The position numbers and the translations under genes are program-made. From Octopus vulgaris (lineage: Eukaryota), in the NCBI GenBank assembly GCA_951406725.2, contig OX597815.1:167214001-167278000 (forward strand): a DNA stretch of 64,000 bases, read 5' to 3'. The notes beneath the pieces are model-generated. The model had not been told where the DNA came from. It did not search any database and saw only the letters and a list, made by a program, of their open reading frames with translations. Positions 26,780-41,498 of this stretch are shown piece after piece. How positions within the stretch are numbered: position 1 is the stretch's first letter; each line of letters starts with the position of its first letter.

Positions 26780-27260
26780 AGTGAGCGAGCAGAGCATGCC
26801 ATCAAAGTGACACTGGGGTAAAATATACGAAGCCCAGTATACCCATCATGACTATCCGTCTGATAAGAGTACACTAGGCACATGCATCACAACCATATGT
26901 GCGCGACATGGTGATCTCATATCAAGATAAACAGCACATGACCTTGCAGGTGGAGCCAGTTAGAATTTTCTTCAGATCGAGTAACCCATCCCGCTCAAAA
27001 GGTCCCTGAATAAGGGTTGTTTAAGGACGTTGAACGAAACACCCATGTTTCCAGAGGTGAATTATTCAAACCCCAAAGAATCCTTCTCAACACATGGCTA
27101 TGATGCTCCCCCACTACTTCTGCTCGTGATCAGAGATGCACATATCGTCAGCCACTAAGGGACATGCTCAACTGGTTAAGGTCAAACAACTGACAAGCAA
27201 ATCTGTGGTATTGAGCAGAATATTTGCTGTAGCCCATCTTTTATACCAAGACAAAACAAT

Positions 27261-27262
<2 letters not shown>
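26780..27262 (-). mobile_element. Second copy of the (TAA)n-tailed element
   Basis: Colinear with 25942-26428. Confidence 0.85.
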
Positions 27263-27320
<58 letters not shown>

Positions 27321-27325
<5 letters not shown>

Positions 27326-27652
27326 TAGCTTTATGTTTATAGCTTGCTTTCACTTCACTACCGAGCGCAGCTCTGTGTGTCTTGGGTATGTGCTGTGGTT
27401 TGTTGTGATGCTCTTTTGGTTACATCTTTGCGTAGGAAGTGTGCAGTGCCCAGTAGTGCAATTTTCTGTATGTTTTATATATATATATATATATATTTGT
27501 AAGCCCTGGTATTTTTGTCATGTATTTATCTGAATATTTTTTTATCATACATGATGCGCCTACTATGATAGGAATTGTTTCTGTTTTTAGATTCCACATT
27601 CGATTTACCTCTATTTCCAGGTCTTTGTATTTTGAAAGTTTCTCCATGTCTT
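27321..27652 (-). mobile_element. R4/Dong-type non-LTR retrotransposon 3' end
   Basis: EKLSKYKDLEIEVNRMWNLKTETIPIIVGA...(frameshift)IQKIALLGTAHILRK, typical of the REL-endonuclease C-terminus; (TAA)n on both sides. Confidence 0.85.
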
Positions 27653-27663
27653 TATTATTATTA

Positions 27664-27741
<78 letters not shown>

Positions 27742-27744
27742 GTG

Positions 27745-28030
27745 AGTGAGAGAGCAGTGCATGCCATAAAAGTGACACTGAGGTACAAACATACGAAGCC
27801 CTATATACCCATCATGACTACTCGTCTGATAAAGGTACACCATACACAACCATATGTGCACGACAAGGGGATCTCATATCAAGATAAACAACGCATGACC
27901 TTGCAGGTGGGGGCCCAGTTAGAATTCGCTTCAGGTTGAATAGTCCATCTTTTATACCAAGACAAAATATGTACATGATAACACTTCCGATCAGTTAAAA
28001 TCAGAAACCATGTGAACCACTGCCTGGTAT
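27745..28030 (-). mobile_element. Third, internally deleted copy of the (TAA)n-tailed element
   Basis: Colinear with 25942-26485 but missing ~250 bp between two agcccatc motifs. Confidence 0.8.
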
Positions 28031-28514
28031 TGCGAAAACTTTTAGCTTATTTTGCTGGGTATGATGGAAAATGTCTGCTGGATCTGTTGGCGATATTTTT
28101 CCGTTTCTGAACCTTTCTGTTTTCTTTTTTGTCGTTTGTGCTCTGTGTAAGTTGGACCTATTAATATAAATATTTATATTTCTATACATAAAATTCATCC
28201 CCTGAGAGTTTCCATTTTTTTTTTACTTTCTGTCGTTTTCCATGTATACGTATATACTAATTTTGTATTTGATGTATTTAACAAATTAAATATATTTGAT
28301 GTGTCTAATTTGTTTATTTACATCATTGGTTCTACACCCGCCCAATTTAATCCCTTTTATAGCCTTGCTCAATTTAATCCCTTTTATAGCCTTTCTTTAC
28401 CTTGAGGATTGATCCTCTGGAAAGGTATCGTAGTTTAAGTTCGAAGTTTTTGAGCACTACAGTATTTTATACAGAGAATATCTGGATCTCATCTGTGAAC
28501 TATGTACGTACGCG

Positions 28515-28546
<32 letters not shown>

Positions 28547-28643
28547 TGTATGTATGTATGTATGTATGTATGTATGTATGTATGTATTTATGTATGTATG
28601 TATGTATGTACGTACGTACGTATGTATAGACAGATAAATAGAC

Positions 28644-28717
<74 letters not shown>

Positions 28718-30342
28718 TGTACATGTGTATGTTTGTATGCGTATGTCTGAGGTGTATGTGCGTGCATGCGTACCTACATACGTATGTGAACGTCCGTGTT
28801 ATATTAAAGATTCACCCACTCCATCGAATATCGAAACATTTGCTACACACAAATAATAAGCCATTTGAAAATCAGGGATAATTGACTGCTTTTGAACAGA
28901 ACAGCGTTTCAAAACACACACTGTCACACAAATATCCGCTGTATTAAGACTTTCTATACTTATTTATCGACACTTATTTAAACACATGAGTGTCTTTACA
29001 TTCAATGAATCAAACAATAAACGTACGGCAGGTTATGTCAATGTTATTTACGCTGAATTTATTGAGATGGAATCTATTGCTTATACTATAAGGTCTTGTA
29101 AATGTTGCTTTTGTAAATACGTGCCTACTTTACCATACACACGAATAGACACGGACGAACATCTACATACATACACACACATATATATATATATATGTGT
29201 GTGCGTGTGTGTGTGTGCGTGTGTGTGTGTGTGTGTGTGTATTTGTTTGTGTATGTTAACATAGAAACATACTCTTGTATGTGGTTAAATGTGTCGCTGT
29301 TTTTCATAAAGGTATGCGTTTATATACACACACACACACACACACTCGGACACACGTGTGTATATATATATATATAATGCACACACACACATGTATATAT
29401 GGATTTACATGTGTGAAAGTATATGTATAGGACACACAAGTTGTTTGTAAGCAAGCTTTTCATTAATGAAATAGGGCCAGGTATTGTTCTGTGTCATGTG
29501 TCCAATTTCACCTCGTTTCTGTTTCAAAAGTACTCACAATATCAGTATGGTCGATCTCCATCTAACAAAGGAAATGAAAGTGTATGCCGCATTTATGTGT
29601 CTTATCTCCAACCACAGCAACTCAAAGATCATCAGTTTCTTAACGATACTAGGTCCGGCGTTTTCCAGGACGAGAAATATCATCTGTGCTGATGTCATGT
29701 CAATGAAACATTTTGTGTTGAAACGCATTGAGAACGGCGGATTTGAAGCAATAGATGCAAGATTGTATAAACGAAAAGCTCAATAACGTGTCGACGGGGG
29801 CCATCGTTGAGTAGTTCAAGGTGCTGCAAACAGCTATTAGATGCGCTTTGCACGAAGACGTCAGGTATAAAATTGAGAGATGGCAATTCTTGTCCGGCAA
29901 GGTCTGGAAGTAGTAAATCTTTGATTTGATTAGGGGGATCCTTGGTTGTGGAACTGGAGCTCCCAGTTGTCCAGATTATGTTAGAAACCACAACTTTTAA
30001 TGTATGACAATTTCTGAGGGAATGTTTTCATTCTTTAATGGCTTTCTTTTTCCTTGTACGATGATTATGCTAAAACTATATTTTGCCATTCATGTGTGCG
30101 TGTCTTTGTATATTTTATATATAATCTATATGAGTACGCTCTTGTGAATTGCTCTTAATATTCTGTATAATATATATACTTGTTATAACAGCTTGTTACA
30201 GAGAGTTAGTAATGTAATGCATAGAGTGTGAGAGGTATTTGAGGGCATATATGGTAATTTAGTAAAACAAGTCTAATCTAGCGATTGCAGCGTGGAATAT
30301 ATAAGTTAACCAACCAGAAACACACAAGAACCGTCAACTTCA

Positions 30343-30545
30343 CTTAAACATGTATTTGTAATATGGTGTCAATACTTTTGTCGCTCGAAACTGCGACCTG
30401 TTCACTAGCACAAAGAAAAGAAAAACGAACAAAACTTGTCACCTATTTTGCTTTCGTTTTTGTTTCTTTTCTTTTTTTGTCAGTGAAAAGGTCGCAGTTT
30501 TGAGCAACGAAAATATTAACACTATATTACAAATAAATGTTAAAG
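30343..30545. mobile_element. Hairpin MITE-like element
   Basis: tttgtaatatggtgtcaatacttttgtcgctcgaaactgcgacctgttcact versus reverse complement of the right arm, tttgtaatatagtgttaatattttcgttgctcaaaactgcgaccttttcact. Confidence 0.7.
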
Positions 30546-30551
30546 CATATA

Positions 30552-30830
30552 AGCGTGACTGTGTGGTAAGAAGCTTCCTTCTCAAACGTATGGTTCGGGC
30601 TCAAACGCATGGTTCGGGATTCAGTCCCACTGTGTGGCACCTTGAGCAAGAGACGTCTACCATAACCTTGAGCTAACTAATACCTTGTAAGTGGATTTGG
30701 TAGACAGAAACAGAAAGAAGCTCGTCATATATATGTGTGTGTGAGTTACACCATAGATGTTTATGTCGCCCGTAACATAGTGGTTCGGCAAGAGTAAACG
30801 ATAGAGTAAGTACCACGCTTACAAAATTTT
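30552..30830 (+). mobile_element. SINE family C, decayed
   Basis: gcgtgactgtgtggtaagaagcttc...cagtcccactgtgtggcaccttgagcaag...gtggatttggtagacagaaac. Confidence 0.8.
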
Positions 30831-30989
30831 AAAAAATTACTGTGATTGGGCGGACCTGAGTTTATGGTAAATGATGTTAAACTCATGCAACGTTGTGTGA
30901 TTGAACACGGGAGTTCATGAACGATCTTCTTAACAACACAACTACGCATAATCTCCTCTTCCTCTCTCTCTCACTCTCTCTCACACTAT

Positions 30990-31470
<481 letters not shown>

Positions 31471-32013
31471 AATCTCTTCCACATATGTATATATATATAT
31501 ATATATATATACACACAGACACAGACATACACACTCACACACATACACACACACACATATATATATAGGAGGAATAATGTGTGTATGCTTGGGTGTTATA
31601 TATATATATAAGTTTGCGCGCATGTATGTATTGACAGCTACATGATGTATTTATGCACACAAACACACACACGCATATATGGTATAAGTATGCGTGTGAT
31701 TGTGTGTGTGTTTGTGTGTGTGTGTGTGTATGTGCGAGTATGCATGTTTATGTATGTATGTGCGCGCGTGTGTGTCTGATAGACACAAAATATTACATAA
31801 TACTAAATACACCATTTAAATTTATCTTATTAGTTTTAGTTTATTGCTTATTTTATTTTACTTTATATTTCTTTCATAATTTTGTTTTTATTTATGTTTT
31901 GTATTTATTGACAGAAGATGTGTTTCGTCTCATACAATTGAAAGTGTTGTATTCAGCCTTAAGAGATGTTTGTTTATTACTGACAAACTCGTATACATAT
32001 ATACATACATACG

Positions 32014-32116
<103 letters not shown>

Positions 32117-32359
32117 GTGTGTATGAAAGTTTTAATTTTAGAAAGCTACATGAATACATCTTGTAAGTTATATATATTTGATATTTCGGTCAAAAGACTG
32201 TATTCCTGAGCTCAAAACTGGAATGAAAAATTAAGAAATTAAAATTAAGTCTCCCAATTCGTGGAATGTTTAAAAAGCATTGATAATATGTTTTTAAAGA
32301 ATTTCAGCAATAAATAAATAAATGAATAAATAAACGATTACATTCATTCAACCATGGCT

Positions 32360-32728
32360 ATAGGCACAAGCATGGTGGTGTGTAGTTAAGAATCTCGCTA
32401 TTCAACCACAGGGTTTCGAATTCCGTTCCATTGTACGGCACCTTGACCAAATGTCTTCTGCTACAGCTCCAGGCTGATCAATGACTTTGGAAGAATATAG
32501 TCGAAGCTTGTCATGTATACTATGTATATTTGTGTCTGTGTTTGTTGTTCCACCACTTGACAACCGGTGTTGGTTTGTTTATGTACATGTAACATAGCAG
32601 TTCAGCTAGATTGATCGATTGAACAAGTAACAACCTAAAAGAGTAAGTACTAGGGATGACATGTTCGACTAAAATCCTCCAAGATGGTTCCTCAGCGAGA
32701 CTGCAGTCCAATGACTGAAGCAAGTACC
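32360..32728 (+). mobile_element. SINE family C, old copy
   Basis: aggcacaagcatggtggtgtgtagttaagaa...cttgacaaccggtgttgg...gcagtccaatgactgaagcaagta. Confidence 0.75.
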
Positions 32729-33792
32729 AGAAACAACGTGGGATATTGAGCGTCAGTTCCAATACCCTGAGCGAAGGACGCTATTGGTTGACAAGTCCTC
32801 AATACTATCATTGGACAATCAGGAAGGTACTCAGCGATGGCACAAAAGCCCAAGTTACAATCAGAAAGATGAGGGTGAGACAATACAAAAGAACAATTCG
32901 ATGGTGTGTGACGATGACCCAGAGAAGTAGTATAAATTGCCAACACTTACCCTCTGCTCTCAATGAGTCAAAACATCAGGATTTCTGAAATAACTACAGC
33001 TCATTTTATTGCAATTTACTGTGCCCTGGGAGAGTTAATCAACGAGGCACGAGAGGGAGACGGGACAAAGTACTATGAGTTGATAGCAGACAAGGTGCTT
33101 GCTAGTGGGGGTCGGGAAATAGTGGAAGCGGAGATCGTTCTCTTTGTAAGTCTATGGTACTTTGGACATAATTAAATAAGCAAATTGTGGGCTATCTAAA
33201 TCAGACGTTGCAGAGAAAATATCCAGCTAAAAGGAAGTAACCAGTGAGAATAATAGAATGCTACTTCGATATAGGCCGAAACTTGATCGAAATAGTTTGA
33301 TTTGTTTGAATGAGAGTGGATGTTGAAAGATCCAAAATATATAGTGGGTCTAGGACACAGAGCAATTTATATGGAGTAACTTTACATTAAGGATTGGAAC
33401 GTACAATTTTATGTAATTTAGACCGACTCATGATCCCATCAGACAAAATAGAAAAGGCTTTGCTCCGGAGGATGGCAAGAGAGATGTGCTGGAACAGCCA
33501 CTCTGGCTCATGGGGCTTGCACTTACAGATAACCATCTCCGGCCCGATAGCGGTGAGCAGGGATATGGTCCGGAGACCTAGGATACAAGTCTGACAATTT
33601 GCAAAGTTATTGCAACCAAAGATATGAAAAACTGCACGGAATTTTATTTCATCGAATCAAAAAGATGAGAGACAAAAATGCCTGTCATAAAGAAAAATAT
33701 GACTTAACAAACTATTTCTCTTTTTGTTCTAATTGAAGTCTTCTTCAAATGATTACCTTTAACCGGATCTATCTATGTTTCTACTATATATC

Positions 33793-33998
33793 TTATTTCT
33801 TTATTGCCCACAAGGGGCTAAACATAGAGGAGACAAACAAGGACAGACAAAAGGATTACGTCGACTACATCGACTTCAGTACGTAACTAGTACTTAATTT
33901 ATCGATCCCGAAAGGATGAAAGGCAAAGTCGACCAAGGCGGAATTTGAACTCAGAACGTAGAGGCAGACGGCGTGCTAACGTTTTTACTAGCTCGCCC
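33793..33998 (-). mobile_element. SINE family A
   Basis: cccacaaggggctaaacatagagg...gaaaggatgaaaggcaaagtcgac...gaactcagaacgta. Confidence 0.85.
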
Positions 33999-34819
33999 TC
34001 TAGCTCCCCATTTTACTCTCTTTGATTCTCTGTCTGTCTCTCTCTTGACACACACACAAGTACACACACAGACTCACACATGCACACACAGATACACACA
34101 CACGTACATATAAATATATGTAATGTACGTACACACAAATGCATCTATTTATGTAAACACCTATATACAGATCAATTTGATCCTGGTTTAATTATAATTT
34201 TTCTTAGTGATATGTTAATCACTGATAGTTCACCAGGACTCAACATGTAGTCACTGCTGTGATTTTATGATTACGTGAATAAAGCAAATCCAAAGATTAG
34301 ACGTACAAATATATACTTTAAAGAAAATATTGCATATTTCCACAAGATATCGTGTGCAAATAATCTATCTACCTACCTTACACATATATACATGCATATA
34401 TAGAAATACCCACACATATGTGTGTGTGTGTATGTATATATGTATATATGTATGTATACCTTCACTGCCTCCAACCTACGCTCCAACCTGTAACTGTTAA
34501 AATCCAACCAGTTGTCTCATGGAAAGATCCTGGTGTTCAAGGGATGTGCTCTACAGAGCCACCTTTACATGATCAGGCGGCATCAGAACATTACAAGTGC
34601 AAAGCAGCTAATAACTTCAAGATAAGGTGTATACAGCTTATGTACTCCTGCAGCAGCAGGGATAGGGAGAACTCTAACTCCCTGGTCAATTATATCTAGA
34701 GACTTCGCAATGGGGAGAACTCTAACTCCTTGTTCCAATATATCTGGAGACTTCGTAATGGGGATACCAAACTTGAGACGTTTCTTAGAGTGATATGGAT
34801 CTAGAAAGTCGAATACCAC

Positions 34820-35216
34820 CATGTATGTATATATGTATGCATGTATGTATGTATGTATGTATGTATGTATGTATGTATGTATGTATGTATGTATGTACGT
34901 ATGTATGTATGTATACATGTATGCATGTATGCATGTATGTATGTATGTATGTATGTGTCTATGTATGTATGCGTATGTATGCATGTATGCATGTATGTAT
35001 GTATGTATGTATATATGTATCTATGTATCTATGTATGTATGCGTATGTATGTGTGTATGAATGTTTGTATGTATGTATATATGTACGTATTTACGTATGT
35101 ATGTATACATGTAAGCATGTATGTATGTATGTATGTATGTATGTATGTATGTATGTATGTATGTATGTATATATGTATCAGCGTGGAAATTACTGTTTCT
35201 AGGAGAAAGTATGTGA

Positions 35217-35293
<77 letters not shown>
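34820..35293 (+). repeat. (TATG)n array followed by (TG)n
   Basis: Direct reading. Confidence 0.95.
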
Positions 35294-35298
<5 letters not shown>

Positions 35299-36041
35299 AT
35301 ACAAACCGTACGAATGATGCTCATTCACGTGAAATAATATATATTTACTTTTATGTGCTTACTTGTCATAATCTCTTTGTTCGTGAGGGAGTGAAGTGTA
35401 TTTTACCTATATCTCATGTCAAGTGAACTGTGCTTAAAGCTGCATTCAAAATTAGTTTCAATATCATTCATAGTACGGCGTGGATAGACGTAACCATCAA
35501 AAAGAGGGAGCATCAAGCAATATAATATAATATAATCTGAAGAGACAAGAATAAAAGATACTCTATATAAATAAATACACATAAATGATTTACTAACAGA
35601 CACAGCCAAACAAATGCTTAGTATTTAGGTACGTGCGTGGGTGTATTTATTATGCCAAACATACATGCATCTATCCACACACACACACACACACAGACAC
35701 ACACACACACACAAACGCGCACACACACACATGCGCTTACACACACACTCATATATATATTCACACACACACACAAGCAGGAATGTATGCAGAGGAATAT
35801 ACATACCTATGTGTGTATATGTATGTGCAATTTTGTATGTGTGTGTGTGTGCGTAGGTAAATATTTGAATGCAAGCGATTCAAATTATACGAAAGTTCTC
35901 AATACTGAATGTGGAATATTGAATTAGTTATTAAGCTGAAAGTTCAAAATAAAACCTTAAAAATGCAAGAGAAAACTTCTAAAAGTAATGAATATTCAAT
36001 AAAAGAAAGCGAAAGTAAATAGAAGTAAATAGAAAGTAAAT

Positions 36042-36405
36042 AGACGTGGCTGTGTGGTAAGAAGTTTACTTTCTAACCATAGTGTTCCAGGTTCTATCCT
36101 TCTACGTAGTACATCGGGCAAGTGTCTTCTACTATAGCCTCCAGCCGACTAAACCTTTATAAGTGGAATTGGTAGACGGAAACTGAAAGAAGCCTTTCAG
36201 TTTATAGATATATATTTGTATATGTCTCTGGATTTGTGGTTGTCACCCACTACTCACTGACAACCGGTGTCCTTTTGTATATGTCCTCATAAGCTAGTGG
36301 TTAAGTAAAAAGAGATCAATAGTATAAGTACTAAGTTATAAAAAATAAGCGCTAAAATCGGCTTTTACAACTAAAACAATTAAAGTTACTGCTCCACCCT
36401 GACCT
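36042..36405 (+). mobile_element. SINE family C, old copy
   Basis: gacgtggctgtgtggtaagaag...gggcaagtgtcttctactatagcctc...ggtagacggaaactgaaagaagcc. Confidence 0.8.
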
Positions 36406-36442
36406 CATACGATTATGGTTTCTCCCTCTTTCTCTCTCTCTC

Positions 36443-36590
<148 letters not shown>

Positions 36591-37200
36591 TTAATGCTTA
36601 TTTGGGGCTTGCAATTGCCTATATTATTGATTCTGTTATTATCATTTTAAATTGCTACACAAGATAATAACAGAGTCAATAACATGTTCGCAAATTATTT
36701 TTTCGTGAATTATTTTTTACTCGTAAATTATTTACTCCGTATTAAAATTATTTTCACACTAGTGGCTGCCATGATTTAGGTGCAAAACGAATCAGTTGCA
36801 GCGCAGACTTCAGCACGACGGGTTGGGAGTCTCTGTCATAGTAACGCGTGCTGAGGAAGCTGATGCTATTTTGCCAGTGCAGAAACAGGTCCACGTGAGT
36901 CCAAATACTTGAATGTATGTTGGGAGATTGTCTTAACTCGTTTACCTTCGGACGGTTGATTTCTGTAGATATTATTAGTGTATTTTGGCGATTTAAGTAA
37001 GAGATTCAACTGTTATTTCCAGGAGGTAGACATACTTGGTATATCCTTTGATTAATTTTAATCCTTCAGCTACTTAATGCTTTTGGGGGTCCTGCATATG
37101 CCTATATTCTTGATTCTATTATTATCATTTTTAAATTGTTACACTAGACAGTAACAGAGTCAATGTTATCTTCGCAAATTATTTTTCTCGTGAATTATTT
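36591..37200 (+). mobile_element. Retrozyme/pLTR-like unit: ~483-nt period, ~125-bp diverged terminal direct repeat, one HHR
   Basis: ttaatgctt..gggg...tgcctatatt.ttgattct.ttattatcatttt..aacagagtcaat..ttcgcaaattattttt..cgtgaattattt at 36591-36715 and 37074-37200; between (GATA)n and (TA)n. Confidence 0.8.
36845..36897 (+). ncRNA. Type I hammerhead ribozyme (variant stem II base)
   Basis: cgcgtg-CTGAGGA-agctg..cagtgca-GAAA-cagg-TC-cacgtg; 6-bp stem I, GUC site. Confidence 0.7.
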
Positions 37201-37201
37201 G

Positions 37202-37230
<29 letters not shown>

Positions 37231-37237
<7 letters not shown>

Positions 37238-38157
37238 AATGTGAGGATAAAATTCTTTTCGAAAAAAAAAATATTTTCTCGAAAAAAATGTTATCAATGG
37301 CCAGCATATTAGCGGTTAAATTTATAAACAATTCATAAATGAGGGCAAAGGAAAAAAATTCTAATGCCAAATATGCCGAAAAATTGGACATATTGTTCAT
37401 TAACCATATCATTTTTTCCACAATACGCACGCTACTCGAAAAAAGGTCGACAGAAATTTCTAAAAAATCGGACCGATTTCAGAGTTAGCTACTAAGAGCC
37501 CTCTCTTCGTCAGTGATACATGTGGCAATAGAAATAAATGAGATATTTACTCGCACCTATGGAAGAAGCAAATACTAAGTCATGGGCACAACTAAGTACC
37601 CCAAATACATCCAAAATAGAAATACTCCAGCCCATTCGAGGCACGTGCGATTTGAACTGAGGCTCTCACAGAGTGAGTTAGTTAGTTCGGAAGAGAACGC
37701 TTAAATTTATATCAAATGTGAGGATAAAATTCTTTTCGTAAAAAAATATATATATTTTCTCGAAAAAAATTTTATCAATGGCCAGCATATTAAAAAGTAC
37801 CTTTAACGGTTAAATTTATAAACAATTCATAAATGAGGGCAAAGGAAAAAAATTCTAATGCCAAATATGCCGAAAAATTGGACATATTGTCCATTAACCA
37901 TATAATTTTTTCACAATACGCACGCTACTCGAAAAAAGGTCGACAGAAATTTCTAAAAAATTCCATTATTACCATATCGGACCGATTTCAGAGTTAGCTA
38001 CTAAGAGCCCTTAATAATGGAATTTTTTAGAAATTTCTGTCGACCTTTTTTCGAGTAGCGTGCGTATTGTGAAAAAATTATATGGTTAATGGACAATAAG
38101 TCCAATTTTTTGGCATATTTGGCATTAGAAATTTTTTCCTTTGCCCTCATTTATGAA
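37231..38157 (-). mobile_element. HHR-bearing ~510-nt unit as a partial tandem (37231-37502 ~ 37708-38011) plus a 146-bp inverted arm (38012-38157)
   Basis: Direct repeat starting atcaaatgtgaggataaaattc; 38012-38157 is the reverse complement of 37826-37971; composite HHR tatca-CTGACGA-agag..ctct-GAAA-tcggtccga-TA-tggta. Confidence 0.85.
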
Positions 38158-39351
<1,194 letters not shown>

Positions 39352-39633
39352 TATATCACATATAACATGTTGAGCAGTGTATATATGGTGATGCTTTGTC
39401 TTGGCTTGTTTTTAGGTAGGACTCTCCATCGAGAAGGTCTTGAGTGCACCAATTGTATATTCGATCCCACCTTACGGGTCACATTGTGATCATATGACTA
39501 TCCATGCCCGTTCACTAAACGCCGGACATTCAGCAGACCACCTAATAAAATCCACACATCCAACAATAACTCCTTTTTTTAAACTTTCACAATTTAATGA
39601 AGAAACCACCACTGCAATGCATATATAGATAGT

Positions 39634-39698
<65 letters not shown>

Positions 39699-40747
39699 CG
39701 CGTGTGTTTGTGTGTGTGTGTGTGTGTGTGGGTGCACGTATGCATTATGTATATATCTTTGGAATGTTGATAACGAAAACAATATCACATTTTAAACCTT
39801 CGAAAGTTTTGCATAGTTTTAGCGTTCCGCTTCGTTATACGCGGACAATGTGCACATAACACATTCGTACAACAATAAGGCGAGTATGTCATAAAAACAA
39901 TAAGGCGAATCGTCGTAAAAAGATGTTCCTTTGTGACACACAGAACAGCTACATACATATTTGTGTTTGAGTCTGCAGGAAAACATCAAGACTAAATGCA
40001 CAAATCATCGTTTCAGATTTTGCTGTACACAGTGCAAATAACTATTTTGTTTTCGTGTGTTCATAGTATTATGAATGTAGGTGTATGTGCTAGGATGTAC
40101 GGTTGATGATCTGTAGCAGATGAGACTCTGTAGACAACTTCAAGAGATGCAGCTCAGTTTCAACTTTTATCTCTCTTGCAGCGTAGATAAAATAGTGTGG
40201 GTTCCATTTCAGCAACTCTACTTCCCGTTTTAAAGATGAAATAACGCACACATCATACATATATATATGTGAAGTATGTAAACCCCCGTAAATAATTTTG
40301 TATTTGTACACGCGCATACATGCGCATACATGCGCATATACACACATATACACACAATCATTCATCTACATGGCTATCTCTCTCTTTCTTTCTCTCTCTA
40401 TATATATATAGATATATGCGTTTCTGTGTCTGCGTGTGTGTAAACATAGTCTTCTGTGTATATAGACGCTTGTGTCGTTTATTATATGTATATTTTTTCG
40501 TTAAACTCTTTGTTATTGTATTTTTTAATATTTTCTTCATAGATCGTCCATTTTACCGTTAAGTCTAGACACGTCTTATTCTGCCCTCCATTCTTGCTCA
40601 TTTGTACACTAGTAACTTTTTGCCCTTTGTGCGACCAAATCCAACGATATGCTTTGAAACAGGATTTTAGTCCATAACTAATGACAGATGAGGATATCTA
40701 ACTCTATTGTGAATCATTTCTAGTGTTTCGTACGTCCCTTCGTCGTC

Positions 40748-40756
40748 TTCCTCTGC

Positions 40757-40798
<42 letters not shown>

Positions 40799-40807
40799 GC
40801 AGAGGAA
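40748..40807. repeat. Perfect 60-bp palindrome centred on (TA)n
   Basis: ttcctctgcaac-(TA)n-gttgcagaggaa. Confidence 0.9.
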
Positions 40808-40841
40808 CTATATATATATATATATATATGTATATGTATAT

Positions 40842-41138
40842 GGAGGCGCAATGTCCTAGTGGTTAGGGCAGCGGACTCGCGGTCGCAGGACCGCGGTTTC
40901 GATTCCTAGACCGGGCGTTGTGAGTGTTTATTGAGCGAAAACACCTAAAAGCTCCACGAGGCTCCGGTAGGAAGTGGTGATCCCTGCTGTACTCTTTCAT
41001 CACTCTTTCTCCCACTCTTTCTTCTGTGGGCCTGCTCGCTTAGCCAGCGGGGTGGCGTCATTCGAAGGCTAAAACAATGCGAACGCATTGTGACCAGCGA
41101 TGTGTAACAACATCTGATGGCCTGGTCGGTCACGTGAT

Positions 41139-41145
<7 letters not shown>
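40842..41145 (+). mobile_element. SINE family B
   Basis: ggaggcgcaatgtcctagtggttagggcagcggactcgcgg...gcctgctcgcttagccagcgggg...ggtcggtcacgtgatca. Confidence 0.9.
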
Positions 41146-41172
<27 letters not shown>

Positions 41173-41179
41173 CAAAGGA

Positions 41180-41498
41180 CCACGCCATCGGTTACGACGA
41201 CGAGGGTCCCAGCTGATACGAACAACGGAACAGCTTGCTCATGAAATTAACGTGCAAGTGGCCGAGGAATTCACAGACACGTGTACCCCTAACGTAGTTC
41301 TCAGGGAAATTCAGGATGACACAGAGTGTGACAAGGCTGGCCCTTTGAAATACAAGTACAACTCATTTTTGCCAGGTGAGTGGACTGGAGCAATATGAAA
41401 TATAGTGTCTTGCTCAGGGACACTACTCGTCGCCGGGAATGGAACTCACGACTTATGATCGTAAACCGAATGCCCCTAACTATTAAGCCACGCGCCTT
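41180..41498 (-). mobile_element. SINE family D
   Basis: Reverse complement of gaaggcgcgtggcttaatagttagggcattcgg...gtgtccctgagcaagacact plus D tail. Confidence 0.85.

Noticed and set aside
28395-28440. cttgagga-ttgatcctctg-gaaa-ggtatcg-ta
   Set aside because: Core and stems too degenerate to call an HHR
29420-29990. Overlapping non-repetitive ORFs
   Set aside because: Stops in all frames; IRCALHEDVRYK hints at a decayed maT transposase N-terminus but is too weak to annotate
32735-33600. Coding-like purine-rich block with short ORFs
   Set aside because: No recognisable motif; probably a decayed LINE ORF1
39870-39921. Twice-repeated aacaataaggcga..gtcrtaaaa (Sox/posterior-Hox-like motifs)
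   Set aside because: Explained by a simple ~26-bp tandem duplication in AT-rich DNA
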